DNA of 62,921 bases, filler included, from Pelomyxa schiedti (lineage: Eukaryota; Protista; Evosea), in the NCBI GenBank assembly GCA_020536535.1. It is 4 parts of 4 records of this genome, joined end to end, with 100 filler letters (N's around TTAATTAATTAA, not from the genome) between each part and the next. Parts side by side here need not be neighbours in the genome. Positions count along the whole stretch, not along the records: positions 1 to 30,889 come from JAHLWZ010000549.1; 3 more parts are not named here. The stretch is one strand, 5' to 3'. This document shows, in pieces, positions 1 to 13,349 of the stretch (within the stretch, counting starts at the first letter, position 1; each line of letters begins with the position of its first letter). A program made the position numbers and the translations under genes. The notes beneath the pieces were generated by a model, which was given only the letters and a program-made list of their open reading frames with translations, made no database searches and had not been told where the DNA came from.

Positions 1-536
1 ACAAAACCGTAGTTCTATGCTTCATGCTGATCAATCTCAGACGCTCTTACTGCAGTGGATCTCTGTTCGTGATAAGTACAACAAGAGGGGCCCTTCCCGG
101 AGTTGATATCCAGTATCTGTTATTCTTTGAGTTGATGATTATGCGGAGAAAGGGTGACAACTCCAGGCGTGTTTTCCTTGCCAAGGCACCATGGCTAATA
201 GGAAAAACATACGAGTTGGAGGAAGGCTCAAGAACTGCAACTGAGATTATTGATGGCCACTACAAGTGGTTCCAGCTGAACGAGAATCAGTTCTACTTGG
301 TCAAAATGGGAACTGGATGGGCTTGTGAAATCTGGGATTGCCAGGAACAGACACACCTTGTGAAATCCTTCGTTCTGAGGGGCTATAACACTAGTATTAA
401 GCTCGCAGGGGGCTTCATTTTTACAAAGGAGGCAGCAACCTTGCATGTGATTGAGGTAACAACAGGACACGGTATTCTCCTACTGGACTCTGTGGGGTCC
501 TTGATCTTTGATTTCAATGTTGACCTGCTCCCATAA
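1..536 (+). CDS. 3' part of a hypothetical protein (open from window edge)
   Basis: Frame is stop-free from base 3 to the stop at 536 (track ORF 24-536). No recognisable family motif. Confidence 0.45.
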   Translation, partial: KTVVLCFMLINLRRSYCSGSLFVISTTRGALPGVDIQYLLFFELMIMRRKGDNSRRVFLAKAPWLIGKTYELEEGSRTATEIIDGHYKWFQLNENQFYLVKMGTGWACEIWDCQEQTHLVKSFVLRGYNTSIKLAGGFIFTKEAATLHVIEVTTGHGILLLDSVGSLIFDFNVDLLP

Positions 537-825
537 CAGTGAGTCTCGGGAAACACTACTCCAGAAAAAAAACCGCAAAAGCTTGCCTTGTGTTGTTAGC
601 GTCCAAGACATCTGATTCCGGCCCTGTTCGTTCAAAAACGGAAGGGCAAAAAAACTTCGTTTTTTTCTTCTTTTAAAAAAAAAAAAAAAAAAACAAACCA
701 AACGAGGTGGTGCGGTGTCAGGCTACCTCCAGTACCGCGATTGAGGGAGGGGAAAAAACCAACACACCCAGTTGTCGCGACTACCGCTTGGATCTTGATC
801 GACGTTTTTTTTTTTTTGAGACACA

Positions 826-3681
826 ATGGCACAACCGCCTCAACAGGCACAAGTGACGGTCGCGAGGGCTACGCCGACTACGACGAGCACCGCAACAGCA
901 ACAGCAACGACGACTACGTCGACGTCGTCGGGAGTTTTCACGCTAGACGACGACCCCTTGGCTAACAACGGCGAGGACATCCACAGTCCTGGGTATAATA
1001 ATTTATAATTAAGAGTTCCTTGAAAATAAATATGTAAGGAACATCACTTTGATATCTAATACCATAATAAAACAATTTCACCTTTGATATTAAAAAAAAA
1101 AAAAAAAGAAATTGAACTCACATTTTCAAGTACCAAAGTTTAATACTGACTCCATTAAATCCAGAGGTTTTGGAACCGTTGGCATTTGGGGAGAGGCTAA
1201 TCGAGTAGCTGCCCAGAAAGCTTACCTCTTTGAAATATCCCATGAAGTGGCCCGCAAAAGCGGGGGTATTTATACCGTACTCTCTTCTAAAGCCCTTGTC
1301 ACTGTGAAACAGTGGGGAGACAGGTTGGCCTTTGTCACATTGTATAACTTTCTTTATTGACAACTGATCAGATATGCCTGTGTTGGCCCGTACATCCCTG
1401 CTTCTGCTGCCCTGGAATTCGATCCTCTCACACCAACAAAAGTGGCTGCTACTCTTATCGATCAACTTAAAGTCAAGCACGGTATTATAGTTCATTTTGG
1501 TCGATGGCTCGTCAAAGGTAATTTCAATTTCCAGATTGGTGAAGTTCACATTTATCTCGTGCAATAGGGTATCCTCGCTGCTTCTTGATCGACCCCAAAT
1601 CTTCCACACATAATCTCGCTATGTGGCGGAATGACTTGCAAGGTACCGTGGCGAGTGAAAATGATGCAGAAGCAAATGAAGCAATCATATTTGGATATCA
1701 AGTCGCACACTTCTTCCAAGAACTTTCGTTACTTATCACAAATCGACCTGTGATAGCCCATTTCCACGAATGGTTGGCAAGTGTAGGCTTAATCGTGATG
1801 AAGCGATGGAACGTGAGAGTCGCAACATTGTTCACAACCCATGCCACACTTCTCGGGTAAACTCTATTCTTCTTCCCATTTCCTTTTGTTCCTATTCATC
1901 TAATTGTATCAGACGGTATATGGCCGCTGGTGGGATGGATCTGTACTCTTGCTTACAAAGTGGTATTAATGCTGATGCTGAAGCTGGAAGGCGCCTAATT
2001 TATAATAGGCATTGGATAGAAGTGGGAGCCGGTATGTACGGCGGCAAAGTAATGAACCAACTTATTGTATTGTAGCTCGTGGAGCAGACGTCTTTACCAC
2101 TGTTTCGGACATTACAGGTTTTGAGGCCAGCAAGACTCTTGGGCGCGAGGCCGACATTGTCACACCAAATGGTCTGAACATAGACCGGTCACTACCCAAA
2201 TTTCCTTTCCGATTAAGTAATCATCTGTAGATTCATTGCTGTTCATCAATTCCAGAACTTGCATAAGATGTTCAAGGATAAAATCAGTGACTTTGTTCGA
2301 GGCCATTTCTATGGCTGCTACGATTTTGATTTGGATAACACCTTGTACTTCTTTACTGCAGGGAGGAGGGAATACCGAAATAAGGGTGTAGATCTCATGG
2401 TTGAGGTAGTTTAAACATAAACCGACTGCGAAAATGTTAACATAATGAAGGCTCTAGCAGATTTGAATTACCAACTGAAGCGAGAGGGAAGCAAACTTAC
2501 GGTTGTGTGTTTCATTATCATGCCTGGCAATACTAACAACTACAATGTGGAATCCATCAAAGTATGGTCCCTTTTCCCACTATTCTTCAAAACCAACGAT
2601 CGCAGGGACAAAGTGTCCGCCGGCAAATCCGGGAGGCGTGTGACTCGATCGCCGCCAAAATGAGTGAGCGGATGTATGAAAAACTTCTTCGCGGTGAGAT
2701 GCCTGACATTCACAACCTAACAAGTGAAGTAAGTGTAGCGGTTTTTACCGTTTTCTACCGTTTTTTTTCCAAAAGGAAGATGTTGTTACTCTGAAGAGAC
2801 GACTGCAAATGGTAACTGCCGCCAATCGAGCACCTCCGATCGTTACCCACAATATGGTAAATGACGCTGAAGATGGTGTGCTTCTTTCTTCTACATACAA
2901 TTCATGTTGAACCATTTATACCAGAGGTTTTGTGTCACCTCCGTGCATGCAGACTGTTCAATACAAAGGAAGACAGAGTAAAGGTACGTTCGGCGAATGT
3001 ATTAAAGCTCCCTTACCTCCATAGGTCATTTATCACCCAGAGTTCGTCAGTGCAAACAGCCCCATACTCCCTCTTGGTACCACAAATAATACCTTCCTCT
3101 CCTCACATGTAGTCAGATTACGCCGATTTCGTGAGAGGCTGTCACCTTGGAATATTCGTATCCTACTACGAGCCTTGGGGCTACACCCCCGCCGAATGTT
3201 GTCTCTCTGGTGAGTTACAATTCTCCCCCTCCATGTACCTTTTTTTTTTTGACGCATTTTAGGTATCCCCTCTGTCACTTCGAACTTGACTGGCTTTGCC
3301 AATTACATGGAACGCAGGCTTACCGACCCCGAGTCCAACGGAATATACATCATTGACAGGTTGCCATTTCCCGGTCACAACATTTTCCATCTAATCAGGT
3401 TATAGGCGCACCCGGTCTTTCCAGGAGTCCAAGACACAGCTTTCCGGTGCCCTATGGAGGTTCTGTAACATGACTCAGAGACAACGTATTGAGGTTTGAA
3501 CACAAACAAAGCCCAATCATAACACGTCACTAATATATGTGCACAGCAACGGAACAAGACAGAGCAGCTCTCTGAAGTTCTTGACTGGGCAGTGATGTAC
3601 ACGCAGTACATCAAGGCCCGCAACCTCGCTGTTAAGAAAGTCTTCAACGTGGACCTCCCTGCTCCTCCCTCTTCATCCTGA
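826..3681 (+). CDS. GYS: Glycogen synthase (GT3 family), multi-exon
   Basis: Spliced exons give [74 protein letters not shown] and [14 protein letters not shown], all GT3 motifs. Last exon [27 protein letters not shown] ends at TGA 3679-3681. ATG 826 can be spliced in frame via a GTATAA..CTGAC..CCAG intron. Confidence 0.95.
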
Positions 3682-3995
3682 TTGTTATTGTGATTGTTGT
3701 TCTCCCTTGTGTTCATTGGTTTCCTTGTTTGAAACCGAAAATACAGCAGATAATAGCTTTTTAGATTTGACTTCTTTCCGTAGGCAGGGGAGTGCTGCCA
3801 AATTCCTGGAGCTGGTTGGGCCAAACTAGTCATTCAAGAAAAAAAAAAACCCAGGATCATGGAACTCAAATGGCCGAGATTGTTCGCCATCAGAGGTTTT
3901 TCTAAAGAAAAAGAATAAACTCACTGCGTTCGTGGTCGTTTACGGACGGATCTGACGTGGAGTGGTGTGTTGGACGAGTGGTAGGACGCGTCTAG

Positions 3996-6613
3996 ATGTC
4001 GACATCAACAACGACAAGCGGCAATACAACGGCGATAAGCCCAATGCAACAAACTAACGGAGCCGACTCCGATGACGATGACAAGGCCGCCGTTCCTGAC
4101 AGTACGTGTAGTCTTTGTTGTGCTTCAAGTTCAAGACAACATTGTTGGCTGGCTTTTTTGTTCCCCTGTCCTTTTTTTTTACCGCTCAACTAGATATCTT
4201 CACGGCATGCAAGGGGAATAACGTTACAAGAGTGAAACAGTACATCGAGGAAGAAAATGTTGATGTGTGTCTGCCAACGTCTCTAATAACACTTTTTTTT
4301 TTTTTACAAAATCGAAGCGTAACACAAACCAACTCTATTTAAGGTTAATTCAAGAGATAAGGAGGGTGCCACTCCATTGCACTGGGCTTGGTAATTATCC
4401 TTTCTGAACCAAGAAATAAACAATTTCCAGTTATAGAGGATACATGCCTCTTGCAAAATACTTGCTGTCAAAAGGAGCGTCAATCGACCCTTTAACATCA
4501 ACTGAAGGACAGTGTGTAATTCCCATTTTTCATAAGATGGTCTAATATTCCTAGAACACCCCTGCAATGGGCTACTATAGCTGGGTTCATTCGTATCGTT
4601 CATTGGCTCACCAGTGAGGTTTATTGCCACCACCTTTGTTCATCCAATTTCCGTTAGGGGGCAGAATTTGGTATATCTGATAAACGAGGTTACACCTCTC
4701 TTCACCTTGCTGCCCAGCACAATGAAGGCTTGTGTGTTCACTACTTGTTGCAAAAAGGAATGCCAATTGATTCTCCTGGTCTCTTCCAATTTTTGAGAAG
4801 ATATGATTAACTGCTGGCAGACAATGACGGTCACACTGCCCTACACTGGACTGCATACCAAGGGTTTGATGGACTCACCCGATATTTACTGGGTCAAGGG
4901 GTATGCCTTTTTTTTTACCATGATTCACCACTTACACGAGAAGTCTTCAATTCACCAGAAGGACAAAACTGGATTCACCCCTCTCCATTGGGCAGCAACA
5001 AAAGGCAACGCTTCTGTTGTAAAAGTAAGTTTGACTTCCCTCCTGCAACATTAACAACTTGTTAAGACTCTCATTGAGCTTGGGGCAAACCCCATGATAA
5101 CGGAAAATGCGGGGTATCCTTCCCATGTGCACTCGAGTTAGTTTAATTTTGTTTCGTATTCAAATGTGAACAGACAAACAGCGGAGTCACTTGCTAGCCA
5201 CAAAGGGTACGCTGATATAGCAAGATATCTATCATTTGCATCAAAGCACTCTTTAGCTGCCAAAGTAACAACAACTCGCAATGGGAGCTTTTCCCTCATT
5301 ACCTTGCAGGATTTGGTGAAACAACAATGGAAATATATATTGCTGGGATTTCTTTCGGTTCCTGTAGTGATGCTTTTATTCTGCTACTTGCCATTCATAC
5401 TTGTGGTTCCTTCAGTTGTTGCTCTATCCATTTTGATGAACCGTTATGTGTGTTTCAGGGGCCCAAGGTAATCACAATTATCAATTTTACGTAAAAAAAT
5501 CTAAACCGAAAAACAATAACCAGTATGGATACAAGAAACCCATTTTGGGTGAGCTGGTTTGCTGGGGGTTTCCTTATTTCCGCTTACGCATATTTCAGAT
5601 ACATCATTTTTAGTATGTTGCCCGTTTGAACGAGGTCTTTTTCATTTTTTTACAGGCACCATGCAATTCACTATCATGACAATTCTGCACTTCTTGGTCA
5701 ATTTTGTGCTTCTTATTCTATTTTATTCTGTTGTGAGATCAAACCCAGGGGTTATCCCTAAGAATTCCTTTACACTTAAGGTACGGTTTTCATCTTAAAC
5801 GCTTTACCTAAGATTGAGTCTTAGGTTCTTGAAGAACTTCTGCAAAGTGACGAGCCAGTTGCCGATCTGTGCCCCTCTTGCGTTGTGAGTCTCTTCAATG
5901 AATTTTTCTTTGCTACCCTCCACTTAGGCCCTGAGACCGCTTCGTTCCAAGCACTGCCGGGCCTGCAATGTTTGTGTTGCAAGATTTGACCACCACTGTG
6001 TCTGGGTTAACAACTGCGTTGGAGATGCGAACCACCGGTTATTCCAGTGTTTGTTATTTGCCATCTTGGCTGCACATGCCATCTTCCTTTTCTTCTGCAT
6101 CTATTGTAAGGGTTCTGCACTCATCGTTTTTTTTCTAACACCGAAACAGATCTCCGCACTGTTCCCGATGCGCCAGCTTTCTCGCCCTTCCTGAGCTTCG
6201 TTCATTACACCTTTGCCGGACAGCCACTTGTTGCATGCCTCGTTATGTTCCACTCTGCTCATTGCCTATGGGAATTCTTTGTACGTTCTCTTCATCTAAT
6301 AATGACAATTGCTTTCACAAAATATATTCGACGTAACGCCAATTACGACAGCAGTCCACACAAACAAACCCAACTCAACTTGAACACACAGGTAACAGCC
6401 GGACAGATTTACTCCTCGTCGCACAACATCACCACCAACGAGAGCATCAACCGCAACAAGTACAACTGGTTCAAAGGACCCCAGGGCCACTTTATGAACC
6501 CATTCGACAAGGGCATAGTGGCCAACATGAGCGAGTTCTGGCTCCACACCATGGACTACTACAACTTCTGGCTTCGTGACCTGCACCGCTTCACAACCCA
6601 ATCCACAGTCTAA
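3996..6613 (+). CDS. AKR1: Ankyrin-repeat DHHC palmitoyltransferase (Akr1/ZDHHC13/17 type)
   Basis: Ankyrin repeats ([22 protein letters not shown]), hydrophobic TM segments and the cysteine-rich [27 protein letters not shown] near 5940-6020. C-terminal exon has [13 protein letters not shown] and [15 protein letters not shown]. Confidence 0.92.
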
Positions 6614-6993
6614 TCAAGTAACACATCAAACAAACAACAAACACCAATCAACGCGATGCAACATTGTTTCGCTACCCTCCCGGTGGGCCACACCACTATT
6701 GTGGGCTCATCAAATGGGGGATCCTCGTTTGTTTGTTAAGGAAGGTCGGTGTTGCTTTGGCCAACGGAGTGGAAGCCCGGCTGTGGTGTAAAGATCTGAT
6801 GAGGAAAACGATGAAGGGAAGGTGATCAAAAAAGAAAAAAAAAACCCCAAAAGACCGCCAACGATCGACGCGTTTGGAGAAGCGACAGACGAACGCAACT
6901 GCCGATATTGATAGTCCCGCCACATAGAGAACAAAGCGGCCCATCGTAACACGATCTCTACCTCAACTACAGTCTGTCCTCGTTTTCTCCGCA

Positions 6994-8208
6994 ATGAAAC
7001 TCAGCAGCATGAACACTGAGAATCTGGGAGGCACCGGTACTGCCTCCCGGTTGTCTTCTACGTCAGCCGGCGATCCGGCCGTGAGGCACCTTACGGCCAC
7101 AACAACTTCGACTGCTCACACTGGCGACCCCGGCGGCTCTGCGTCGTCTGGGCCATCTACTGTGCTGGACGGTATAAGTGCAACTGGTACGAACAGTGGG
7201 CTGATGCCTAACGGCTTTTGTGAGGAGATGGTCCAATTCTGCAATTCCAATGAAGAAGCCTTGATAGCCGAGAAACTTGTTGTAGTTGGAGATGCGGCAG
7301 TTGGTGTGCCTTTGATACTATAAACCGCCAATAAAACAGCTTACTCAATTCTTATAGGTAAAACTTCACTGATTTCCAGGTACAATTATCTTCCCACTTG
7401 CCACATAGTTTATAGAAAGTCTTTCTTAGATATTGTTTCGACAAATTCGACATTAATACTACCACAACTGTTGGGGTGGATTTCATCAGGTAAATACTCC
7501 GCTCTCTTTGACAAACAAATAAAATGAAAAAAGGCAACGGTATAAAATCCTTGGCAGGGACTCTTTTGAAATTTGTATATGGGTATGGAAACTATTTACT
7601 TCTTTCAATTTCTCACTTTCTTCAAGGATACTGCTGGCCAAGAGAGGTTTTCTTTAATTCCCGTTGCCAATGGTGTTCACTGTTTAAAGATTCAAGTCTA
7701 TGCTGCCTTTCTTTGCACGAGGTGCAGGTGCAATTGTGCTTGCATTTGACCTTACATCAAGAGTGTCTTTTGAGAATGTTCGGTTTTGGCTCACTTTTAC
7801 TGCAGTATGTATTTACAGTTCCCGGAAATATACTGACCATAAGTAACCAGCCCGCAGCACAAAGAGAGTCTATTGTTGTACTAGCTGGTCTGAAATGTGA
7901 CAGTCCCGGTAGGCTTGTGTCAAAGGAAGAAGCAAAACACGTAGCGGCCTCCTTAGGTTCACACTACTTCGAGGTACGGCTAAAGACCATACCGCAGAAT
8001 TCTGACATTTTCTTTTCCGCAGTGTTCTTCAAAAGAAAACATAAACGTCCACGTGATGTTTGACAGTGTTGCAAGAATGCTATTCAACCAAGCCATTAAG
8101 CTCCGCCACCAGAATGCCTTAGCCTCCGGTGGAGTCTCCAGCCCTCACAGCAGTAGCATAATAAGACCCACCGGCTCCGAGTCAACGAAAGGCAAGTGCT
8201 GCCACTAA
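6994..8208 (+). CDS. Rab-family small GTPase with S/T/G-rich N-terminal extension (Rab34/36-like appearance)
   Basis: Spliced KLVVVGDAAVGKTSLISR, TTVGVDF, WDTAGQERF, LAGLKCD and ECSSKEN. Ends GKCCH-stop (TAA 8206-8208), a geranylgeranylation-type tail. Confidence 0.9.
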
Positions 8209-8484
8209 CATTGTACAGAGAGAAAACCTCCACAACAATGGACTTTTCTCCCTCCTACTAGCCGAGTACGAACAACTCCCAAACACAGCACCCATCATCA
8301 CCACATCCAACTTGAATCTTATCCACCCCAAATTGTACGACGCACTTGTTTATTTTCTTAAACACAATTTTACAGTCGTTTAGAGCATAGGTTTATGTTT
8401 TCCCCAACTTTTATGTTGAGTGTGAAACATGCTATTGCGTCACAGAAGGTAGTTTGGAGGAAGAAACCATGCTCAAGAACTTTG

Positions 8485-9124
8485 TTAAGACCGCTTCAGA
8501 GCAAGAATTTCATCAAGCAGCTGCTGTAAAGCGTCATCTTCAATAATGCTTACAAGTGAAGGAATGAGGGCCTACTACTTGTTAGATAATTGGGTAGAAG
8601 TAGTTAGCGTAATGTACACGTGCCTTGGCTTCTTCCGCGGTCTCGGGCATTATATTAGCAATAGAAGCCACCTCGAACTGTCTTAGTCCAGCAGTTTCTA
8701 GTATTCTTCGGACTTCTCTGTTGGAGTTCTGGTCCTTGAAGTGACTAAACCGCTCCACGTATTGCAGTGTTTTGGTGAACACACTATAGAATTTTGTTAT
8801 TATGTAAAATGGAATACTTTGGCTACGATGCTGCATTAAGTGGCACTTTGTGTTATTTTGTTTGCGTTGGATGCGTGGCCGCGTGGGAAAGAAAAAAAAA
8901 AAAAAGTACTTCGTCATTTCAGCACCGTGAGACATCTCCTTCCTCTGGGAGAGCAATAGAAACACTTCGCTGTTGCATAAACACTCAGTCTGAGGTGGGA
9001 AGTCTGTGTTAGGCTGTGTGGGTACACAAAAAAATAAACAAATAGTAGTCGTGTTGTACAATTGTAGTGTACAACACCGACCTGGCCCAAAGTCCAACTG
9101 CGCGACGTCGTCGTTTCGGTGCAT
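8485..9124 (-). CDS. RPB4: RNA polymerase II subunit RPB4
   Basis: Spliced MHRNDDVAQLDFGP..CLCNSEVFLLL..VFTKTLQYVERFSHFKD..LRQFEVASIANIMPETAEEAKALIPSL..DDALQQLLDEILALKRS matches the RPB4 HRDC-like family. Confidence 0.92.
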
Positions 9125-9281
9125 TGATTGAGATGATTGACCTAATTAACGGTATCTCTAAATTATCTCAGGCCTCTTAAAAGTTTACTGGTGTCTTGTG
9201 GAATTTGCTTCCTTGTTTGTTCCGTCAGTAAACAGCCAGAGAAGACGGTTTTTGTGAGGCTCACACTCTAAGGGCGCTACT

Positions 9282-12200
9282 TCAGTGTGCCTTGGTCACA
9301 GCGAACGTGATACTTGCGGCGTCTATTCCATCCCATGGACAGAGTTCCTGTCAACAGTTCTGACAAGACAACAACAAAAAAAATCCTTCCGAACCCTGGT
9401 TGTGTTGGTTCAATAAATTAAACAATTACTGGGGTGTTCCAGACAGAACCAGTACCGCGAGATACTTCAAGATAGTGGGTGCCACTGTAGAGCTGTATGT
9501 GTTTGATGGTTAGCAGAGGCAATGCTATTATTACTATTGTGAGGGCGTGCTGAATGTATTGATATAGGGACATACCACGGAGTTGCCCTCCCAGTTGGTG
9601 AGTAGTAGCATGTCCTCGGTGGTTGTAAACGTGACTTGGGTGGATTGTAGCGGGGAAAGTGTAATCCTCTGGAATCCAACAAGTTGCTTCATTGGTATTG
9701 GGTGTGTAACAGTGTCGGACAAATCACTTGGTGCATAGTGGAAAAGCATCAGAACCTTTGATGCTATGTTATTTGGAATTATTTATTGAAGACGGAAACC
9801 TCATCACCGGACATGTAAGAGTCCGTGTTATAAACTGTGCAAGTAATTGTAGCACCAATTGTGGAGCCGGAAGCTCTGCCAGGAAGTTAATCGGTATTCT
9901 AGAGAATGCGGTGCCATACTTGCAGGTCATTGAGAACATAACATAAGATAGGCCGGTTCCAAATTCGAAAAGGGGTGTGCCGGTGTAGTACCGGTAAGTC
10001 TTTGGAGATTATTATCGATGTAATTAAAATGTTTTCCACTTACCCGGCCAACACCAGTGCTGAAGTGATAATCTGTCATGCTTATCTTTGTAGGGTTTAA
10101 AAAGGAATGCATAGACGGACAGAGAATACTTCATTGATAAAGTTTGAGGCATAAATCGTAACAGGCAACTGGAAGGAATGGGTTTCTGCGAAAACAGAAA
10201 GTAAAAAACCTTGCCCCAGCGATTTTCCAGTCCAAATATCGATCTCGCCAAAGCCAAAGCACCCATGGTGCTTGGGTAGAAAGCTGCTCTTTATTATTGA
10301 AAACCCGGAAAAAAGATTTTTAAACCTTGTATTATCGAAGAAGCAGGCTCAACCAGGGAATCGATGGCAACTATTCCTCCACTCACAATAACAATAATAA
10401 CTGGTTTCGTACCAGCAGTTGCTAAAACCTGCCTCATACTTAGAATTGTACCTGAAATTCGTGCCAACCTGTTCAGAAAACGATTCCTATACTAATTGAA
10501 TAACATCAGGAACACTACAGAAACATACTTGGAGACCAGGCAGGGATATTGTTGTTCGGTCATTTGTTTCACCTTCAATTGTTGTGTCAATTCCAATGCA
10601 AAGTACGGTAACATCCGATGCCGACACAGCTGCCAGTGCGGCCTTTTTTTGGAGTGAAACGACTGGAGAAGGTATGCTTGTATACATCAATTCCGGATGT
10701 ATCGGCACTGTTAATGTCTACACCCTTCTCAACCAAAGTTATTCCGCCATTGTTCACACTAGTTATCATTTCCCCAATAGTTGGTATGCAATAATCACCC
10801 CCAGAGAAACATTGCTAATAAAGTTGGTGTAAATACCTGAACGATTCAGAGAGAAATAACCTCATCACCTGTTGTTTTCGTGGGTAAGTGGAAAATAGGA
10901 GATTGTCAATACCGGCATAATCCTCAAGAAGACCATGTCTTGATACGGCGTGGGGACCTACCACCGCTACCTTGACTCCGGCGTTAAGAGGCAAATCGTG
11001 GTTTGGATTCTTCAAAAGGATCAAGCCTTGCAAGATTCCTAAAGAAAGAGGGAAAAAATTTCGGTAACTGTGAAATTATGGCTGATACATACCTTCGTAG
11101 TTAATTTGCTGATGATATGTGCTGTTAATAAGGTCCACCCCATATGTTGTGTAGACCTGGTCATCTGAAATTGAGTAAGAGGTAGTTTGATTCCTTTTTG
11201 TTGTGGAGTACCGAGTGGATCAAACTGTCCAGTAAGGAACCTGTGGATGGGAAGCTATGATACAATCTCTATTTGCAGGAATTACCGGGAGTTGAGGGCT
11301 CTGTACAAAGCACGATTCACATGATCTTCATCAGTCATCCCGCGGTTAATGGCCTCCATCAGAACCCCACTGGTGAAATAATCGTCACCCTAATTTTATT
11401 AAGCCACTAAGCCGACATAAAAGGGAAATAACCAATTCTTCGTCAGCGCCGGCATTCAGTGTCTTAGCAACAGCGTCCCATGCTGTTAGGGCATAGTTGT
11501 TGGCATTAACCATATTAGCAACGGCCCCACAGTCTGTGCCAACCAGAACATCAGGCTTCCCCCAGAAATTACGAATGATTCCGTTGAGAATATATGTATT
11601 GGCACAACTTGGCATTCCTGTGAGAAGTTAGAAGTCGTTGGCACTTCGGTGTGTCACCATTTACAGAACTATCTGGATGTCAGGTTAGCTAGAGATATTA
11701 GGGAAATAATCTTACATGCACACATGGTCATCATCGCACCACCATCTATAAAGCCTCCTTTGAAACCAGGCAGCTCGGAATCCCACATATCTGGGATGAT
11801 TTAGTGCACTCAAAACTGACGAAAGAGTCACCAAATTGACTGACAAGAGCGTTGAATTTGGACCTATCTTCTTCTGTGTCTTCCAGGGAATACATGTAGT
11901 AATGCTTTAACCCAGATATCATTTTATAGTATTTGCTGTCTTCACCAAACTGGCATCCGCTCACATAACCTGCCTGAGAGTTACTTGCTAGGTTTCCTAT
12001 GAATAACTTGTACCAGCGGCATAAGAGGCAGTTACCAAAGGATCTTCACTTGGAAGTTCACAATTTCTACCGAACCTTGGGTCGCGAACGAGGTTTATAT
12101 TCTATTCAAAGTATGAACAAGCAAAAAACAAGAAGTATAAACATACAGGACCATAACCTGCAAAATGAATTCATTAAACATGGTAAAACAGGTAAATGTT

Positions 12201-13349
12201 ACCTTCTAATCCAATCATTATGGTTGGGATAGGGCCAACAGCACGATGCCAACCAATGTTGTTCATTGCTCTCATCTCGGAAGAGATAACGTTCCCCTTA
12301 AGTTGCCACACTGTTTCGTTAAAAGATGCTGCCAATGCTGCTGGAGCAGCAAAAGTTGTGGCACAGTGCATTGGAGCTACACAAGAAGAAGCTATGGCGG
12401 TGTTCACTTCCATAAGGTGTGTGTATGAAGGAACACCAAGACGAGTTACGCCAAAGTCCCTAAATGCACAGGTATTGTACTGGGGATCTGGGCTGCAGAA
12501 CAATTAATTAAGATAAAATGAAACACAGCTAAAGCACCCAAGAAGACCAAGCTTCTCCTCTAAGGTCATGCGATCAATAAGATCTTGAATACGTTTGTCT
12601 TTTGGAAGGCTCTGAGTATTTTCTGTTAGACTACATGGAAGTAGAAAAGCATATACTACCGTATCACAATATGGGAGGGCTGCAGAAGTGTCATCCAGGC
12701 ATGCGTGTCCGTGAGGGATTCTTGTACCACCACACTTTGCGGTAAACACTATCAAGCATGTGTTTTCTAATATTAAAATCTGAACGTACCTATCATCCTA
12801 TCTGAGTCCCCACACCATTCCCCGGAGTTGCCAGAGCATTTCATAACTTGGCACTCACTCATTGGCCTTTCCTCTGGAATAAAGTCCGGGTTGAAACCAT
12901 CGCCACAAAAACATTGATACTTGGTCAAAATTGGCAATGAATAAAGACAGGGAAAAAAGAGGAAGTACCGAGTATTCAACAGCGTTTAAGGAATAGTTAA
13001 ACAATGCGCACAGATAGGCACAGTACTCCTGTGTCATTGGAGCAGAATCGACCTAAAAAAAAAAAAAAAAGCAAGTTAAATTTCATGTTTCCAGACCATA
13101 ATTAAGCCAGAGTGGATGATAGTAACACAACAAACCTCCTGTGCAGTCCAAGTTAACGCCCTAATCCCGGTCGTGTAGTCAGTGTAGCACGTGAACGACG
13201 ATGTGTCCGGAACACACGAGTACTCCTCAACGTCCCTACCATATTATGGGACCAGCATGCTAGATATTTAGAACATACGCGGAGACTAGTGCCAGTGGTA
13301 GTGACACCAACAACACAACAAACAACCCCAAACGAGCACCACCAGCCAT
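9282..13349 (-). CDS. Secreted glycoside hydrolase family 3 (beta-xylosidase-like) with N-terminal WSC domain
   Basis: Signal peptide [28 protein letters not shown] cysteine pattern [38 protein letters not shown]3 motifs [78 protein letters not shown]. The last exon is uncertain (stop at 9418 or 9282). Confidence 0.9.
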
